A DNA stretch of 63,936 nt, filler included, from Olpidium bornovanus S191 (taxonomy: Eukaryota > Fungi > Olpidiomycota): the NCBI GenBank assembly GCA_017911155.1. It is 32 parts of 32 records of this genome, joined end to end, with 100 filler letters (N's around TTAATTAATTAA, not from the genome) between each part and the next. Parts side by side here need not be neighbours in the genome. Positions count along the whole stretch, not along the records: positions 62,894 to 63,936 come from JAEFCI010011624.1; 31 more parts are not named here. The stretch is one strand, 5' to 3'. Below are positions 62,794 to 63,936 of the stretch, piece by piece; the first letter of the stretch is position 1; every line of letters begins with the position of its first letter. Under the pieces are notes generated by a model. The model worked only from the letters and a program-made list of their open reading frames with translations, had not been told where the DNA came from and made no database searches. A program made the translations under genes and the position numbers.

Positions 62794-63936
62794 NNNNNNN
62801 NNNNNNNNNNNNNNNNNNNNNNNNNNNNNNNNNNNNNTTAATTAATTAANNNNNNNNNNNNNNNNNNNNNNNNNNNNNNNNNNNNNNNNNNNNAATTTAA
62901 ATTCAGCAATTTAGAGGCAGGACGGGGGGGTGGGCCGAGTGGGGGGGGGGGGGGGGGGGGCCGGGGGGGGGGGGGGGGGGGCGGGGGGGGGGGGGGGGGG
63001 GGGGGGGGAAGGGATGTCGGCGGTCCGTCCGTCATCGGAATCAACGTGGAATTGCTTGCTCAAGAGTTGGTCTCTTTGGCCAAAAGGAATTCCGTCGCGT
63101 ACGCCGACACGGGTGATCCGGGAGATTCTTTTTCCAGTTCTATCTCTTCCTGGCCGCGCACTGGGGTCTTCGGCCGCCTTTCCGGAAGCGCGTCTCATTG
63201 CACCAAAAAATAAAAGAAAAAAGATTCGGTTTTTTGGCATCCCGACGTACCGTTTGTTGTTACCTTGGTCGCGTAGTTTGCCAAGGCGCTATCAACGTCC
63301 GTCAGACGTTTCGTTGGCGGGACTATGCGAAAGGCCGCCGGTTGGGGGAAAAAAAATAATGGTGGTTTGGTCAATTCCCGGGACAGCCGGCGTACCTGTT
63401 TTAGGGAAGAAAAACTGTTTTGTGGCGGGAGGACGGCTCGCCCACCATTGGGCGGAGCGGACGCGGAGAACGCACAGAGTTCCCCGCCGAGCTTTCTGCC
63501 CGTCCGCTTTGGAACTGCGCAGGAACACGCAGGCTGGACAGGCGTGGCGGCATCCCTGCCGCGACCATCCCAACCAAACGCTTAGTGGGAACGCGCGCGC
63601 GTGAGGCTATATTTCGCATGGCACAACATTTCACCGGAACGGGATGATAATTATATTCACATGTCCTGTATGTGTGGATATTGATGAGAGGATATACTAG
63701 GGGAAGCGCGAGAGTGAAATGAAACGTGGATAACGGAGCAGACCCCTAGCATCAACGGAGCACCAATGAAACAAGAGGGAAAGATGAGATAATTCGCTAC
63801 GACGGTTATACCCTACATGTAGAATCGAGAGAATCAAGAAGAACAAGAAAAAAAAAATAATTTCACCATTACAAACAAAGCAAAATCCCGGGAAGAAAAC
63901 GAAAGCAAACACGAGTGTTGTGTCTGAGCGCTGCAA

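Noticed and set aside
2959-62893. TTAATTAATTAA recurring every 1-4 kb as a biological repeat or CRISPR-like array
   Set aside because: It is always embedded in exactly 44+44 N and encodes stops in six frames, so it is an assembly linker.
1-63936. Gene clustering across the window (for example NoxR, kinase, Chs7 and dUTPase near the viral helicase) as an operon-like or giant-virus region
   Set aside because: These genes lie on separate contigs joined artificially. The dUTPase has spliceosomal introns and host-like GC, so it is not part of the viral island.

Overview
This window is not one locus. It is 32 short eukaryotic contig pieces (about 1-4.5 kb each) joined by 31 artificial 100-nt spacers (44 N + TTAATTAATTAA + 44 N), so gene order across a spacer carries no information. 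The DNA is GC-rich and intron-rich with many long homopolymer tracts. Gene content points to a flagellated (zoosporic) fungus: fungal-type Chs7, NoxR and a YML020W-like protein occur with flagellar CFAP58 and an AK5-like kinase. An Olpidium/chytrid-grade organism is my inference and is not verified. Other recognisable, mostly partial spliced genes are cytoplasmic dynein heavy chain, a caleosin exon, Mpo1/DUF962, a Pex39-like KPWE protein, Cwc21, Sub2/UAP56, Usb1, a TPT-family transporter, dUTPase, midasin, Csn1 and Rrp36. The most unusual element is an AT-rich island of about 1.1 kb (about 42140-43245, minus strand). It encodes a decayed Zn-finger plus SF3 helicase of the primase-helicase type found in large and mid-sized dsDNA viruses, and is a candidate endogenous viral element. 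Other observations: a Ty1/copia RNase H relic, a recurring TCACGTGA motif, an intronic repeat-spacer array, orphan secreted proteins, and strong CATG enrichment at contig ends. All family assignments come from recalled motifs; no database search was run.
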